Positions 37,601 to 48,000 of a DNA stretch of 64,000 bases are shown here, piece after piece. The position numbers and the translations under genes were made by a program. This DNA is from Macrostomum hystrix (Eukaryota > Animalia > Platyhelminthes), in assembly GCA_950097015.1 (NCBI GenBank), contig CATNEN010000031.1, positions 1,426,001 to 1,490,000 on the forward strand, in the 5' to 3' direction. The stretch's first letter is position 1. Every line of letters starts with the position of its first letter. The notes under the pieces were generated by a model. It was not told where the DNA came from and did not search any database. It worked only from the letters and a program-made list of their open reading frames with translations.

Positions 37601-40536
37601 ACAGAAGAGAGTAGATAACAGAAGAGAGGAGACAACAGAAGAGAGGAGACAACAGAAGAGAGGAGACAACAGAAGAGAGGAGACAACAGAAGAGAGGAGA
37701 CAACAGAAGAGAGGAGACAACAGAAGAGAGGAGACAACAGAAGAGAGGAGACAACAGAAGAGAGGAGACAACAGAAGAGAGGAGACAACAGAAAAGAGGA
37801 GACAACAGAAGAGAGGTGACAACAGAAGAGAGGAGACAACAGAAGAGAGGAGACAACAGAAGAGAGTAGATAACAGAAGAGAGGAGACAACAGAAGAGAG
37901 GAGACAACAGAAGAGAGGAGACAACAGAAGAGAGGAGACAACAGAAGAGAGGAGACAACAGAAGAGAGGAGACAACAGAAGAGAGGAGACAACAGAAGAG
38001 AGGTGACAACAGAAGAGAGGAGACAACAGAAGAGAGGTGACAACAGAAGAGAGTAGACAACAGAAGAGAGGAGACAACAGAAGAGAGGAGACAACAGAAG
38101 AGAGGAGACAACAGAAGAGAGTAGATAACAGAAGAGAGGAGACAACAGAAGAGAGGAGACAACAGAAGAGAGGAGACAACAGAAGAGAGGAGACAACAGA
38201 AGAGAGGTGACAACAGAAGAGAGGTGACAACAGAAGAGAGGAGACAACAGAAGAGAGGAGACAACAGAAGAGAGGAGACAACAGAAGAGAGGAGGCAACA
38301 GAAGAGAGGAGACAACAGAAGAGAGGTGACAACAGAAGAGAGGAGACAACAGAAGAGAGGAGACAACAGAAGAGAGGAGGCAACAGAAGAGAGGTGACAA
38401 CAGAAGAGAGGAGACAACAGAAGAGAGGAGACAACAGAAGAGAGGAGGCAACAGAAGAGAGGAGACAACAGAAGAGAGGTGACAACAGAAGAGAGGAGAC
38501 AACAGAAGAGAGGAGACAACAGAAGAGAGGAGGCAACAGAAGAGAGGAGACAACAGAAGAGAGGTGACAACAGAAGAGAGGAGACAACAGAAGAGAGGTG
38601 ACAACAGAAGAGAGGAGACAACAGAAGAGAGGAGACAACAGAAGAGAGGAGACAACAGAAGAGAGGAGACAACAGAAGAGAGGAGACAACAGAAGAGAGG
38701 AGACAACAGAAGAGAGGTGACAACAGAAGAGAGGTGACAACAGAAGAGAGGAGACAACAGAAGAGATGAGACAACAGAAGAGAGGAGACAACAGAAGAGA
38801 GGAGACAACAGAAGAGAGGAGACAACAGAAGAGAGGAGACAACAGAAGAGAGGAGACAACAGAAGAGAGGAGACAACAGAAGAGAGGAGACAACAGAAGA
38901 GAGGTGACAACAGAAGAGAGGAGACAACAGAAGAGAGGAGACAACAGAAGAGAGTAGATAACAGAAGAGAGGAGACAACAGAAGAGAGGAGACAACAGAA
39001 GAGAGGTGACAACAGAAGAGAGGAGACAACAGAAGAGAGGAGACAACAGAAGAGAGGAGACAACAGAAGAGAGGAGACAACAGAAGAGAGGTGACAACAG
39101 AAGAGAGGAGACAACAGAAGAGAGGAGACAACAGAAGAGAGTAGATAACAGAAGAGAGGAGACAACAGAAGAGAGGAGACAACAGAAGAGAGGTGACAAC
39201 AGAAGAGAGGAGACAACAGAAGAGAGGTGACAACAGAAGAGAGGAGACAACAGAAGAGAGGAGACAACAGAAGAGAGGAGACAACAGAAGAGAGGAGACA
39301 ACAGAAGAGAGGAGACAACAGAAGAGAGGAGACAACAGAAGAGAGGTGACAACAGAAGAGATTTGAGCTGAGAAAAGGAATGAAGTATAGAGTATAGTGC
39401 AGAGTATTGAAATATATATGTTTAGGAGAGACTGGTTAGGAAATGGCACACTAATAAGAGTGTCTCAGCATTCAACGCAACACTCAGGAGATTAGCGTGA
39501 CCCAGTTTTCATATCTGGAGAGGGAAACGCAGAGCAATCACTGAGAGTTATCCCACAGCGCGTCTTAGGAATGGGTCTTAGGAACCGAGAGCGTTAATAT
39601 CGGGATTTGAGATTTGGAAGGCTGCTTTCCACAAGATCCCAAGTAATCGATGATATGATTAATGGCGTAACAGGACATAGCCGAAGTTCAAGTGTCTAAG
39701 CTAAACATTTTCGCATTCTCATCAAGCATCCTCAGCAACAAAAAATTCCCAAAATCGCTTGAATTGCGCTTTGCAGAAGCAAGTGGCACAGCGCACAGCT
39801 GGGCCGCTCAGGCCGGATCAACGAATCAATTTGGTGAGCGATCGCCTGAATTCATGTTACAGTCAACTGAGGAATGGGCGGATAAGGTAGCTGCAGTCAG
39901 CTGAAGAATGGGCTGATGGAGTAGCTGCGGTCAGCTGAAGAATGGGCTGATGGAGTAGCTGCGGTCAGCTGAGGATTGGGCAGATGGAGTAGCTGCAGTC
40001 AGCTGAGGAATGGGCTGATGGAGTAGCTGCAGTCAGCTGAGGAATGGGCTGATGGAGTAGCTGCAGTCAGCTGAAGAATGGGCTGATGGAGTAGCTGCAG
40101 TCAGCTGAAGAATGGGCTGATGGAGTAGCTGCAGTCAGCTGAGGAATGGGCTGATGGAGTAGCTGCAGTCAGCTGAGGAATGGGCTGATGGAGTAGCTGC
40201 AGTCAGCTGAGGAATGGGCTGATGGAGTAGCTGCAGTCAGCTGAGGAATGGGCTGATGAAGTAGCTGCAGTCAGCTGAGGAATGGGCTGATGGAGTAGCT
40301 GCAGTCAGCTGAGGAATGGGCTGATGAAGTAGCTGCAGTCAGCTGAGGAATGGGCTGATGGAGTAGCTGCAGTCAGCTGAGGAATAGGCTGATGGAGTAG
40401 CTGCAGTCAGCTGAGGAATAGGCGGATAAGGTAGCTGCAGTCAGCTGAGGAATGGGTGGAATAATAGTGTTACATTTATCCTAGGAGAATATCTAAAATA
40501 TGACAAAAAACTTTTTTCGCAGTCAAAACACAAAAT

Positions 40537-40588
<52 letters not shown>

Positions 40589-41303
40589 GGTGCATGAGCA
40601 GACGTGACACTGCAGCCAGTGATTTCAGCAGCAGCTCCACTGTTGACACGGATTTCTTGTCCGAGGAACAGCGCGAATCGGTGCGCCAGTGGCTAGGTCC
40701 CGGCCAGCTGCTGCTCATCAGCGACGAACTGCGAGCCGAGAGAGGCGGTGAGACCGTGTTTCGGATGTGAAATCGTAGGCTAAGAAATATTAAAAAAGGT
40801 GTGTTTTAATTGTGTTGCCAGGCGATTTGCCCGACGATCAGCTAGTAGCTGGGGAGATTTTCCTCTCGCTGCGCTGGAGCTCGGATCCCAACGAAGGCGG
40901 CCTTCAGGTGACTCTGCGGCGATGCCGCTTGCTGAAGGAGGCCGCCGAAGAGCTGAGCGCCTGCTACTGCGAGTTGTCCCTGCTTGGTGGCTGTCGTGCG
41001 CGGCATCGAACCCGGACCCACCCGTTGAGCAGCCGCATCGAGGCGGACTTCTCGGAGACGCTGCACTTCGACAGTCAGCAGCTGGCCGAAGCAGCTCTGG
41101 AGACCGACGGCCTGGTGCTGCTGCAGGCGACTCTGTGGATTGGCAAGGCTGCGACTGCTACTAGCGGCGGCGAGATCAAAGGCCAGGCCTGGCGGCGACT
41201 CGGAGAGGCCGTCGTCTGTCTGGACGACTGGCCGGATGAAAATAGCACAGCTGGCCACTGCTCTGCTCAAGGCTGGTACAAACTGCTGGATATTCAGGCC
41301 TGA
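13312..41303 (+). CDS. PCLO: Piccolo/RIM-family presynaptic active-zone protein, ~1,777 aa. Exons: 13312-13419, 14537-14967, 16773-16983 (or 16971), 17294-17416, 17976-18941, 25120-25509, 26353-26908, 27634-27725, 30124-30211, 30477-30714, 31590-31702, 32123-32972, 33093-33274, 34106-34275, 34700-34751, 39777-39833, 40523-40747, 40822-41303.
   Basis: Manual splicing gives one continuous frame (5,334 nt including stop) with compatible phases at all 17 introns. The domain order RIM-type Rab helix, Zn finger, PDZ, C2A, C2B is diagnostic of the Piccolo/RIM/Fife/Clarinet family. The symbol is a family-level call; orthology needs a tree. The first exon (13312-13419) is less certain than the domain exons. 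Confidence 0.85.
13719..14443. mobile_element. Non-autonomous hAT (Charlie/MER58-like) MITE, 725 bp, carrying a 16-bp minisatellite
   Basis: TIRs caggggtcggcaaact (13719) and agtttgccgacccttg (ends 14443) match at 15/16. The flanking 8-mers ctctaatc and atctaacc match at 6/8, consistent with a decayed 8-bp TSD. The subterminal ggcccgcaggccgg is typical of Charlie-group ends. Confidence 0.8.
13808..14336. repeat. 16-bp minisatellite (gagatgagacacagga)n inside the MITE, with a 160-bp higher-order duplication
   Basis: The same variant block starts at 13971 and 14131. Confidence 0.93.
14537..14967 (+). CDS. Piccolo/RIM-like exon 2 with RIM-type Rab-binding helix
   Basis: Encodes [33 protein letters not shown], resembling the RIM N-terminal helix (PDLSHLTEEER...). 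Acceptor caacag at 14536, donor gtgagg at 14968. Confidence 0.8.
15541..15851 (-). mobile_element. tRNA-derived CORE-type SINE, copy B (most complete)
   Basis: The minus strand reads ggttgTAGCCTAGTGGtta...GGTTCGATTCCcgactcca (Pol III A and B boxes), then gtgtcctttagcaagacacttaac...aaatgggtacc, which is similar to the MIR CORE gtgaccttgggcaagtcacttaac. It ends in a (TAA)n-like tail. Confidence 0.85.
16405..16680. repeat. ~20-bp minisatellite (ttgatcattgcttggaagt)n
   Basis: Direct reading. Confidence 0.9.
16773..17416 (+). CDS. Two exons (16773-16983/16971 and 17294-17416) encoding the RIM/rabphilin-type zinc finger
   Basis: CPLC...CRDC...CYDC then [21 protein letters not shown], with eight cysteines and the SGAWF motif of Rab3 effectors. 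Confidence 0.88.
16984..17150. repeat. Degenerate 22-bp minisatellite (gtgtcactctgctagactgggg)n
   Basis: Direct reading. Confidence 0.85.
17700..17940. repeat. 21-bp minisatellite (atccatgagaacagacagcag)n
   Basis: Direct reading; about 10 units. Confidence 0.95.
17976..18941 (+). CDS. Large low-complexity exon with an internal Glu-Ala/Glu-Val tandem repeat (18415-18875)
   Basis: Open frame, phase-0 acceptor ctccag at 17975, strong phase-0 donor gtaagt at 18942. The alternative phase-0 acceptor at 17984 cannot be excluded. Confidence 0.7.
19530..19678. repeat. (GACA)n microsatellite
   Basis: Direct reading. Confidence 0.93.
20245..21062. repeat. 23-bp purine-rich minisatellite (taaaagaggagagaggggagaat)n
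   Basis: Period 23 (20281 to 20304). Confidence 0.97.
21689..22321. repeat. 30-bp minisatellite (acaatcagttagacaggaactgtgttagac)n
   Basis: Direct reading. Confidence 0.97.
23365..25100. repeat. 24-bp minisatellite (aggtagaatcgcagctagaacact)n
   Basis: Direct reading; explains the RIAARTLG and ILPSVLAG ORFs. Confidence 0.97.
25578..25975. repeat. 21-bp minisatellite (ccaatcagagacagtcctcag)n
   Basis: Direct reading. Confidence 0.97.
25981..26019 (-). mobile_element. Short internally deleted fragment of the SINE tRNA head
   Basis: ttcgaacccccgaccttcaagtccactaagctacaacc matches the B-box and A-box ends of copy B with the middle missing. Confidence 0.5.
26929..27575. repeat. 37/38-bp minisatellite (gaatgatcagctggggagatgggactggcagtccact)n
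   Basis: Direct reading; the length variants differ by one G. Confidence 0.97.
28405..29940. repeat. Composite pyrimidine-only satellite (ctctcttctcgctcttctcgctc and variants)
   Basis: Direct reading; explains the Ser/Leu and Arg/Glu ORFs. Confidence 0.95.
30124..30714 (+). CDS. PDZ domain exons (30124-30211 and 30477-30714), not in the ORF track
   Basis: Spliced: [29 protein letters not shown]...[35 protein letters not shown]...FEVVIRV. It has a GxGL-type loop, GD-V-EWNG and the Piccolo-like lead-in LTRD-D. Confidence 0.88.
30233..30463. repeat. 31-bp minisatellite (aacagagtgacaccctggctgtgtctcaatg)n filling the intron inside the PDZ region
   Basis: Direct reading. Confidence 0.95.
30730..31405. 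repeat. 18-bp minisatellite (ttcgtcgattattctcag)n
   Basis: Direct reading. Confidence 0.95.
31785..32090. repeat. 19-bp minisatellite (tccttcgattcctggaatg)n
   Basis: Direct reading. Confidence 0.96.
32123..34275 (+). CDS. PolyQ region and C2A domain exons (32123-32972, 33093-33274, 34106-34275)
   Basis: [10 protein letters not shown]...[24 protein letters not shown]...TLEPDWQ...[16 protein letters not shown]...RWYTL. The WDYDR..NDF motif is Piccolo-type. Confidence 0.92.
33313..33831. repeat. 35-bp minisatellite (cagactcttgcactcagctcctgagctcgaatccc)n
   Basis: Direct reading. Confidence 0.97.
34285..34680. repeat. Degenerate 20-bp minisatellite (ttatgactccaatctttttc)n; repeated at ~45198-45593
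   Basis: Direct reading. Confidence 0.85.
34834..35568. mobile_element. Possible degenerate DNA-transposon remnant (repeated at 45746-46480)
   Basis: Imperfect inverted ends aactcatcgacc / ggtcgagagtt. An internal frame [15 protein letters not shown] loosely resembles the Tc1 N-terminal HTH lead-in. No clear TSD. Confidence 0.2.
35575..36838. repeat. 21-bp minisatellite (ctagggactgggttagaatgt)n with a 405-bp higher-order repeat; repeated at ~46487-47750
   Basis: Identical ORFs recur 405 bp apart (35903/36308; 36052/36457). Confidence 0.96.
37160..39361. repeat. 17-bp minisatellite (gagacaacagaagagag)n; repeated at ~48071-50272
   Basis: Direct reading; 17-aa periodicity in three minus-strand frames. 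Confidence 0.97.
39865..40455. repeat. 34-bp minisatellite (gctgatggagtagctgcagtcagctgaggaatgg)n; repeated at ~50776-51366
   Basis: Direct reading. Confidence 0.96.
40523..41303 (+). CDS. Terminal exons (40523-40747, 40822-41303) with LGPGQ motif and C2B domain
   Basis: WLGPGQL matches the RIM/Piccolo pre-C2B motif GLGPAQ. GEIFLSL...[11 protein letters not shown]...LQATLW...[10 protein letters not shown]...GWYKL is a C2 fold lacking the canonical Ca-binding Asp set. Stop TGA at 41301-41303. Confidence 0.85.
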
Positions 41304-41334
41304 CTAGCTGGGATAGGTCCAACAGGATGTGACA

Positions 41335-41587
41335 GGTCGGATATCTAACAGGTCGTATATCTAACAGGTCAGATATCTAACAGGTCGGATATCTAACAGT
41401 TTGAATATCTAAAAGGTCGGATATCTAACAGGTCGAATATCTAACAGGTCGAATATCTAACAGGTCGAATATCTAACAGGTCGAATATCTAACAGGTCGG
41501 ATATCTAACAGGTCGAATATCTAACAGGTCGAATATCTAACAGGTCGAATATCTAACAGGTCGAATATCTAACAGGTCGGATATCTA
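41335..41587. repeat. 16-bp minisatellite (caggtcgaatatctaa)n in the probable 3' UTR; repeated at ~52246-52498
   Basis: Starts ~30 bp after the stop codon. Confidence 0.93.
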
Positions 41588-42119
41588 ACAGGTCGAATAT
41601 CTAACAGGGTAGTGTTAGATCTTAGGTGGTACAAAATAATCGTGTCCAGCCGACTGTGCGCAGGCTTTATTTTGGAAAATGCCACTAATTTAGCCGATAA
41701 TTTTGCCTCTGACTACTGCTAGAAATTCTTCAAAGTTTCATTGCAAATAATTTGTAATGCATCACAAATTTCCAGTTCAATGAAGTATTTTTATAGAAGC
41801 TCATCCATCTTATGCACTAATTGCGTTATATAAATTATTTTTTTCTCGTTGTTTCATTCGCCCAGTACAACTCATATTAACTACTGCTCATATACTGCTC
41901 ATATAAACAGACAGAGCATTGTCAGATCACTATGCAACACTTATTAAGCTTCTTGTCGTTTTTTACCTGTGACTATGTTTTAAAAAATCGCTGTAACCTT
42001 TTGTTGAATATAATTAATTACGAGTTATTAAGATTCAGTTGCCCATTCTTCTGTTTCAAGACAATAGCTCAAGCTCGCTGTAATCTTTGTGAAAAATACA
42101 AAAAATTAGTTAAAAATTG

Positions 42120-42125
42120 AATAAA
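42120..42125 (+). terminator. Candidate polyadenylation signal AATAAA for the Piccolo-like gene (duplicate at ~53032)
   Basis: The hexamer lies ~820 bp after the stop and just before the intergenic 24-bp array. No transcript evidence. Confidence 0.35.
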
Positions 42126-42161
42126 ATTGTGTATGAAATTCTGCTTTCAGTCTACAAGTAG

Positions 42162-44878
42162 GTAGGAATCCTGCTTCGATTCTAGATAGGAATCCTGCTG
42201 CGATTCTAGATAGGAATCCTGCTTCGATTCTAGATAGGAATCCTGCTTCGATTCTAGATAGGAATCCTGCTGCGATGTTTTATTGGAATCCTGCTTCGAT
42301 TCTAGATAGGAATCCTGCTGCGATGTTTTATTGGAATCCTGCTTCGATTCTAGATAGGAATCCTGCTGCGATGTTTTATTGGAATCCTGCTGCGATTCTA
42401 GATAGGAATCCTGCTTCGATTCTATATTGGAATCCTGCTTCGATTCTAGATAGGAATCCTGCTGCGATGTTTTATTGGAATCCTGCTTCGATTTTATATA
42501 GGAATCCTGCTGCGATTCTAGATAGGAATCCTGCTTCGATTCTATATTGGAATCCTGCTTCGATTCTAGATAGGAATCCTGCTGCGATGTTTTATTGGAA
42601 TCCTGCTTCGATTTTATATAGGAATCCTGTTTCGATTCTAGATAGGAATCCTGCTTCGATTCTAGATAGGAATCCTGCTTCGATTCTAGATAGGAATCCT
42701 GCTTCGATTCTAGATAGGAATCCTGCTGCGATGTTTTATTGGAATCCTGTTTCGATGCTAGATAGGAATCCTGCTTCGATTCTAGATAGGAATCCTGTTT
42801 CGATTCTAGATAGGAATCCTGCTTCGATTCTAGATAGGAATCCTGCTTCGATTCTAGATAGGAATCCTGCTTCGATTCTAGATAGGAATCCTGCTGCGAT
42901 GTTTTATTGGAATCCTGTTTCGATGCTAGATAGGAATCCTGCTTCGATTCTAGATAGGAATCCTGCTTCGATTCTAGATAGGAATCCTGCTTCGATTCTA
43001 GATAGGAATCCTGCTTCGATTCTAGATAGGAATCCTGCTGCGATGTTTTATAGGAATCCTGCTTCGATTCTAGATAGGAATCCTGCTTCGATTCTAGATA
43101 GGAATCCTGCTGCGATGTTTTATAGGAATCCTGCTTCGATTCTAGATAGGAATCCTGCTGCGATGTTTTATTGGAATCCTGCTTCGATTTTATATAGGAA
43201 TCCTGCTTCGATTCTAGATAGGAATCCTGCTTCGATTCTAGATAGGAATCCTGCTTCGATTCTAGATAGGAATCCTGCTTCGATTCTAGATAGGAATCCT
43301 GCTGCGATGTTTTATTGGAATCCTGCTGCGATTCTAGATAGGAATCCTGCTTCGATTCTAGATAGGAATCCTGCTGCGATGTTTTATAGGAATCCTGCTT
43401 CGATTCTAGATAGGAATCCTGCTTCGATTCTAGATAGGAATCCTGCTGCGATGTTTTATAGGAATCCTGCTTCGATTCTAGATAGGAATCCTGCTTCGAT
43501 TCTAGATAGGAATCCTGCTTCGATGCTAGATAGGAATCCTGCTTCGATTCTAGATAGGAATCCTGCTTCGATTCTAGATAGGAATCCTGCTTCGATTCTA
43601 GATAGGAATCCTGCTGCGATGTTTTATTGGAATCCTGCTGCGATTCTAGATAGGAATCCTGCTTCGATTCTAGATAGGAATCCTGCTGCGATGTTTTATT
43701 GGAATCCTGCTTCGATTCTAGATAGGAATCCTGCTGCGATGTTTTATAGGAATCCTGCTTCGATTCTAGATAGGAATCCTGCTGCGATGTTTTATTGGAA
43801 TCCTGCTTCGATTTTATATAGGAATCCTGTTTCGATTCTAGATAGGAATCCTGCTTCGATTCTAGATAGGAATCCTGCTTCGATTCTAGATAGGAATCCT
43901 GCTGCGATGTTTTATTGGAATCCTGCTTCGATTTTATATAGGAATCCTGTTTCGATTCTAGATAGGAATCCTGCTTCGATTCTAGATAGGAATCCTGCTT
44001 CGATTCTAGATAGGAATCCTGCTTCGATTCTAGATAGGAATCCTGCTTCGATTCTAGATAGGAATCCTGCTGCGATGTTTTATTGGAATCCTGTTTCGAT
44101 GCTAGATAGGAATCCTGCTTCGATTCTAGATAGGAATCCTGCTTCGATTTTATATAGGAATCCTGTTTCGATTCTAGATATGAATCCTGCTTCGATTCTA
44201 GATAGGAATCCTGCTTCGATTCTAGATAGGAATCCTGCTTCGATTCTAGATAGGAATCCTGCTGCGATGTTTTATTGGAATCCTGCTTCGATTTTATATA
44301 GGAATCTTGTTTCGATTCTAGATAGGAATCCTGCTTCGATTCTAGATAGGAATCCTGCTTCGATTCTAGATAGGAATCCTGCTTCGATTCTAGATAGGAA
44401 TCCTGCTGCGATGTTTTATTGGAATCCTGTTTCGATGCTAGATAGGAATCCTGCTTCGATTCTAGATAGGAATCCTGCTTCGATTCTAGATAGGAATCCT
44501 GCTTCGATGCTAGATAGGAATCCTGCTTCGATTCTAGATAGGAATCCTGCTTCGATTCTAGATAGGAATCCTGCTTCGATTCTAGATAGGAATCCTGCTT
44601 CGATTCTAGATAGGAATCCTGCTGCGATGTTTTATAGGAATCCTGCTTCGATTCTAGATAGGAATCCTGCTGCGATTTTATATAGGAATCCTGCTTCGAT
44701 TCTAGATAGGAATCCTGCTGCGATGTTTTATTGGAATCCTGCTTCGATTCTAGATAGGAATCCTGCTGCGATTTTATATAGGAATCCTGCTGCGATTTTA
44801 TATAGGAATCCTGCTTCGATTCTAGATAGGAATCCTGCTGCGATGTTTTATTGGAATCCTGCTTCGATTCTTCGATTC
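42162..44878. repeat. 24-bp minisatellite (aggaatcctgcttcgattctagat)n, truncated at the duplication junction
   Basis: Direct reading. Confidence 0.97.
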
Positions 44879-45018
44879 TACGCAACCTTTAGATGTACTT
44901 TGCGCAATAGCTGCAGCTGTGTCGGGGTTCGTATTAATAGTATTTTTATAGCATTAGTAAGTTTGCTTTGTATAATCGCCAGTGAACCAGTGAACAAATA
45001 AAATATTCTCGACACCAG

Positions 45019-48000
45019 ATCGCAAACTGATGGACAACCAGCCTCGTTGGTACACTCTGTACGCGCATGAGAAGGAGATGCCACAGCCGCCCATGCCGGC
45101 AGCCAATTCGTCTGGCGGCGGATCGTCGCGCAGACGTCAGCGACAGTCGACAGTGGGTCCTGGGCCAGCTGCGGCCAATCAGCAGACTGTGAGCATTGTT
45201 CTTGTCACCTCAATCTTTCTCTTATCACCCCAATCCTTCTCTTGTCACCTCAATCTTTCTCTTGTCACTCATTTGATTTGCTTGTCACTCTGATCCTTAT
45301 CATGTCACTCTTTTGATTTGCTTTTCACTCTGATCCTTCTCTTGTCCCTCAAATCGTTCCTCTTGTCACTCCAATCTTTCTCTTATGACTCCAATCTTTT
45401 TCTTATGACTCCAATCTTTTTCTTATGACTCCAATCTTTTTCTTATGACTCCAATCTTTTTTTTATGACTCAAATCTTTTTCTTATGACTCCAATCTTTC
45501 TCCAGTCACTCCGACCCTTCTCTTATTGCTTCTCTTGATTCTCTTGACACTTCAATTATTCTCTTGTCACTCATTTGATTCTCTAGTCAGTCAGTCTCTC
45601 TCTCTCTTGCAGAAGGGCAACCACCGCCAGCCCAATGCCAACGGAGGCATCGCAGGTGCGAAAGGTAACAATACGAGTTAAATTTATTCCTATTTCAATT
45701 TTAATTTGAATTAAAATTTTATTTCAAACCCACTCAGTACGTGACAACTCATCGACCATTAAAAAAATCTTATTCAAAGAAAAATATTTATTAAAAATCA
45801 TTCGCGTGACACCATTCGACAGCTAATCGGTCGAAATGAGCGGGAGAAAGAGAGATTTCAACAGCATTTTGGTAAGGGTCGAGTTGTAGGTTTGCGGAGA
45901 AGTGTAAGGCGATAATCTTGACCTGTTAACAGAAGAAAGACCACGCGATCACCCCCCTGGGAAAAGAACATGGGGGATTTCAAATACCCACTGCCTACTG
46001 CACGATGGCTCCCGAACCGAATGCTTATCTTGGAGGTTTTTTGCCACCAGACACCCCCACGAGAATCGTTGAATATCCCGACGATGCCGATGTTTTGTGA
46101 TTCTGAAAGTTGTTTCATCGGATAGAGCGGAAAATTTGAGCCCGTGTTCTGCATTTTCATGGCGATTGGTTGAAAAACTTAGTGAGTTACAGGCACAGAT
46201 GTGGGTGTTTGAAACATCGATTGGTCTTTCTATACTGTTAAATGACGAGTGTCTTGCATTGCTAAATCAGTGTACATGCTTTTTTCGCGCTGCCTTAGTC
46301 GTGCTTTTTATTATTTGTAACCCCCCCCTACGTTTTGTTTTGAGCTTTAAATGTTTTCTAATTCAAAACTTACTAAATAAATAGCCTATTTTAAATTGAG
46401 CCTACGCGAAAATTCTAGAGAGTTCGCCTATGCTCAAAATACTTCTCACGAGTCAACCTCTCATTAAGAGGTCGAGAGTTTAAATCTCAGTCCAACATCT
46501 TGAGACTGGATTCCGATATCTAGAAACTGGACTCCGATATCTAGAGTGTGGATTCCGATATTTAAGAACTGGATTTTGTATCTAGCGACTGGGGTAGAAT
46601 GTCTAGGGACTGGGTTATAAAATGTCTAGGCACTGGGTTAGAATATCTAGGGACTGGGTTAGAATATCTAGGGACTGGGTTATAAAATTTCTAGGGACTG
46701 GGTTAGAATGTCTAGGGACTGGGTTAGAATGTCTAGGGACTGGGTTAGAACATCTAGGGACTGGGTTAGAATGTCTAGGGCCTGGGTTTGAAAATCTAGG
46801 GACTGGGTTATAAAATGTCTAGGGACTGGGTTAGAATGTCTAGGGACTGGGTTAGAATGTCTAGGGACTGGGTTAGAATGTCTAGGGACTGGGTTAGAAT
46901 GTCTAGGGACTGGGTTGGAATATCTAGCGACTGGGGTAGAATGTCTAGGGACTGGGTTATAAAATGTCTAGGCACTGGGTTAGAATATCTAGGGACTGGG
47001 TTAGAATATCTAGGGACTGGGTTATAAAATTTCTAGGGACTGGGTTAGAATGTCTAGGGACTGGGTTAGAATGTCTAGGGACTGGGTTAGAATATCTAGG
47101 GACTGGGTTAGAATGTCTAGGGACTGGGTTAGAATGTCTAGGGACTGGGTTAGAACATCTAGGGACTGGGTTAGAATGTCTAGGGCCTGGGTTTGAAAAT
47201 CTAGGGACTGGGTTATAAAATGTCTAGGGACTGGGTTAGAATGTCTAGGGACTGGGTTAGAATGTCTAGGGACTGGGTTAGAATGTCTAGGGACTGGGTT
47301 AGAATGTCTAGGGACTGGGTTGGAATATCTAGCGACTGGGGTAGAATGTCTAGGGACTGGGTTATAAAATGTCTAGGCACTGGGTTAGAATATCTAGGGA
47401 CTGGGTTAGAATATCTAGGGACTGGGTTATAAAATTTCTAGGGACTGGGTTAGAATGTCTAGGGACTGGGTTAGAATGTCTAGGGACTGGGTTAGAATAT
47501 CTAGGGACTGGGTTAGAATGTCTAGGGACTGGGTTAGAATGTCTAGGGACTGGGTTAGAACATCTAGGGACTGGGTTAGAATGTCTAGGGCCTGGGTTTG
47601 AAAATCTAGGGACTGGGTTATAAAATGTCTAGGGACTGGGTTAGAATGTCTAGGGACTGGGTTAGAATGTCTAGGGACTGGGTTAGAATGTCTAGGGACT
47701 GGGTTAGAATGTCTAGGGACTGGGTTGGAATATCTAGGGACTGGGTTTTGATCTGACAGCTAGATGTGTACTGACACTCTATACAAGCATGTACACATTG
47801 TACAAGTATGTTTAATTGAAGCATGGTGTGCTATCTCTAGCTTGATAATAGCCAGGTAAAAGTACCCTGCAAAGTACATTTTTTTCGCATGACATCCGCA
47901 ATTCGCCGCGGGAGCGTAATAAGTATTTTCTGCCCTTCTTGTTATATAATTTTTTACTCGACTCTCCATTATTGATGTTTGCTTTTGATTTGGCGGCGCC

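Noticed and set aside
23272-39449. 400-760-aa ORFs ([28 protein letters not shown] repeats)
   Set aside because: They are intronic minisatellite translations, often open in several frames or on both strands.
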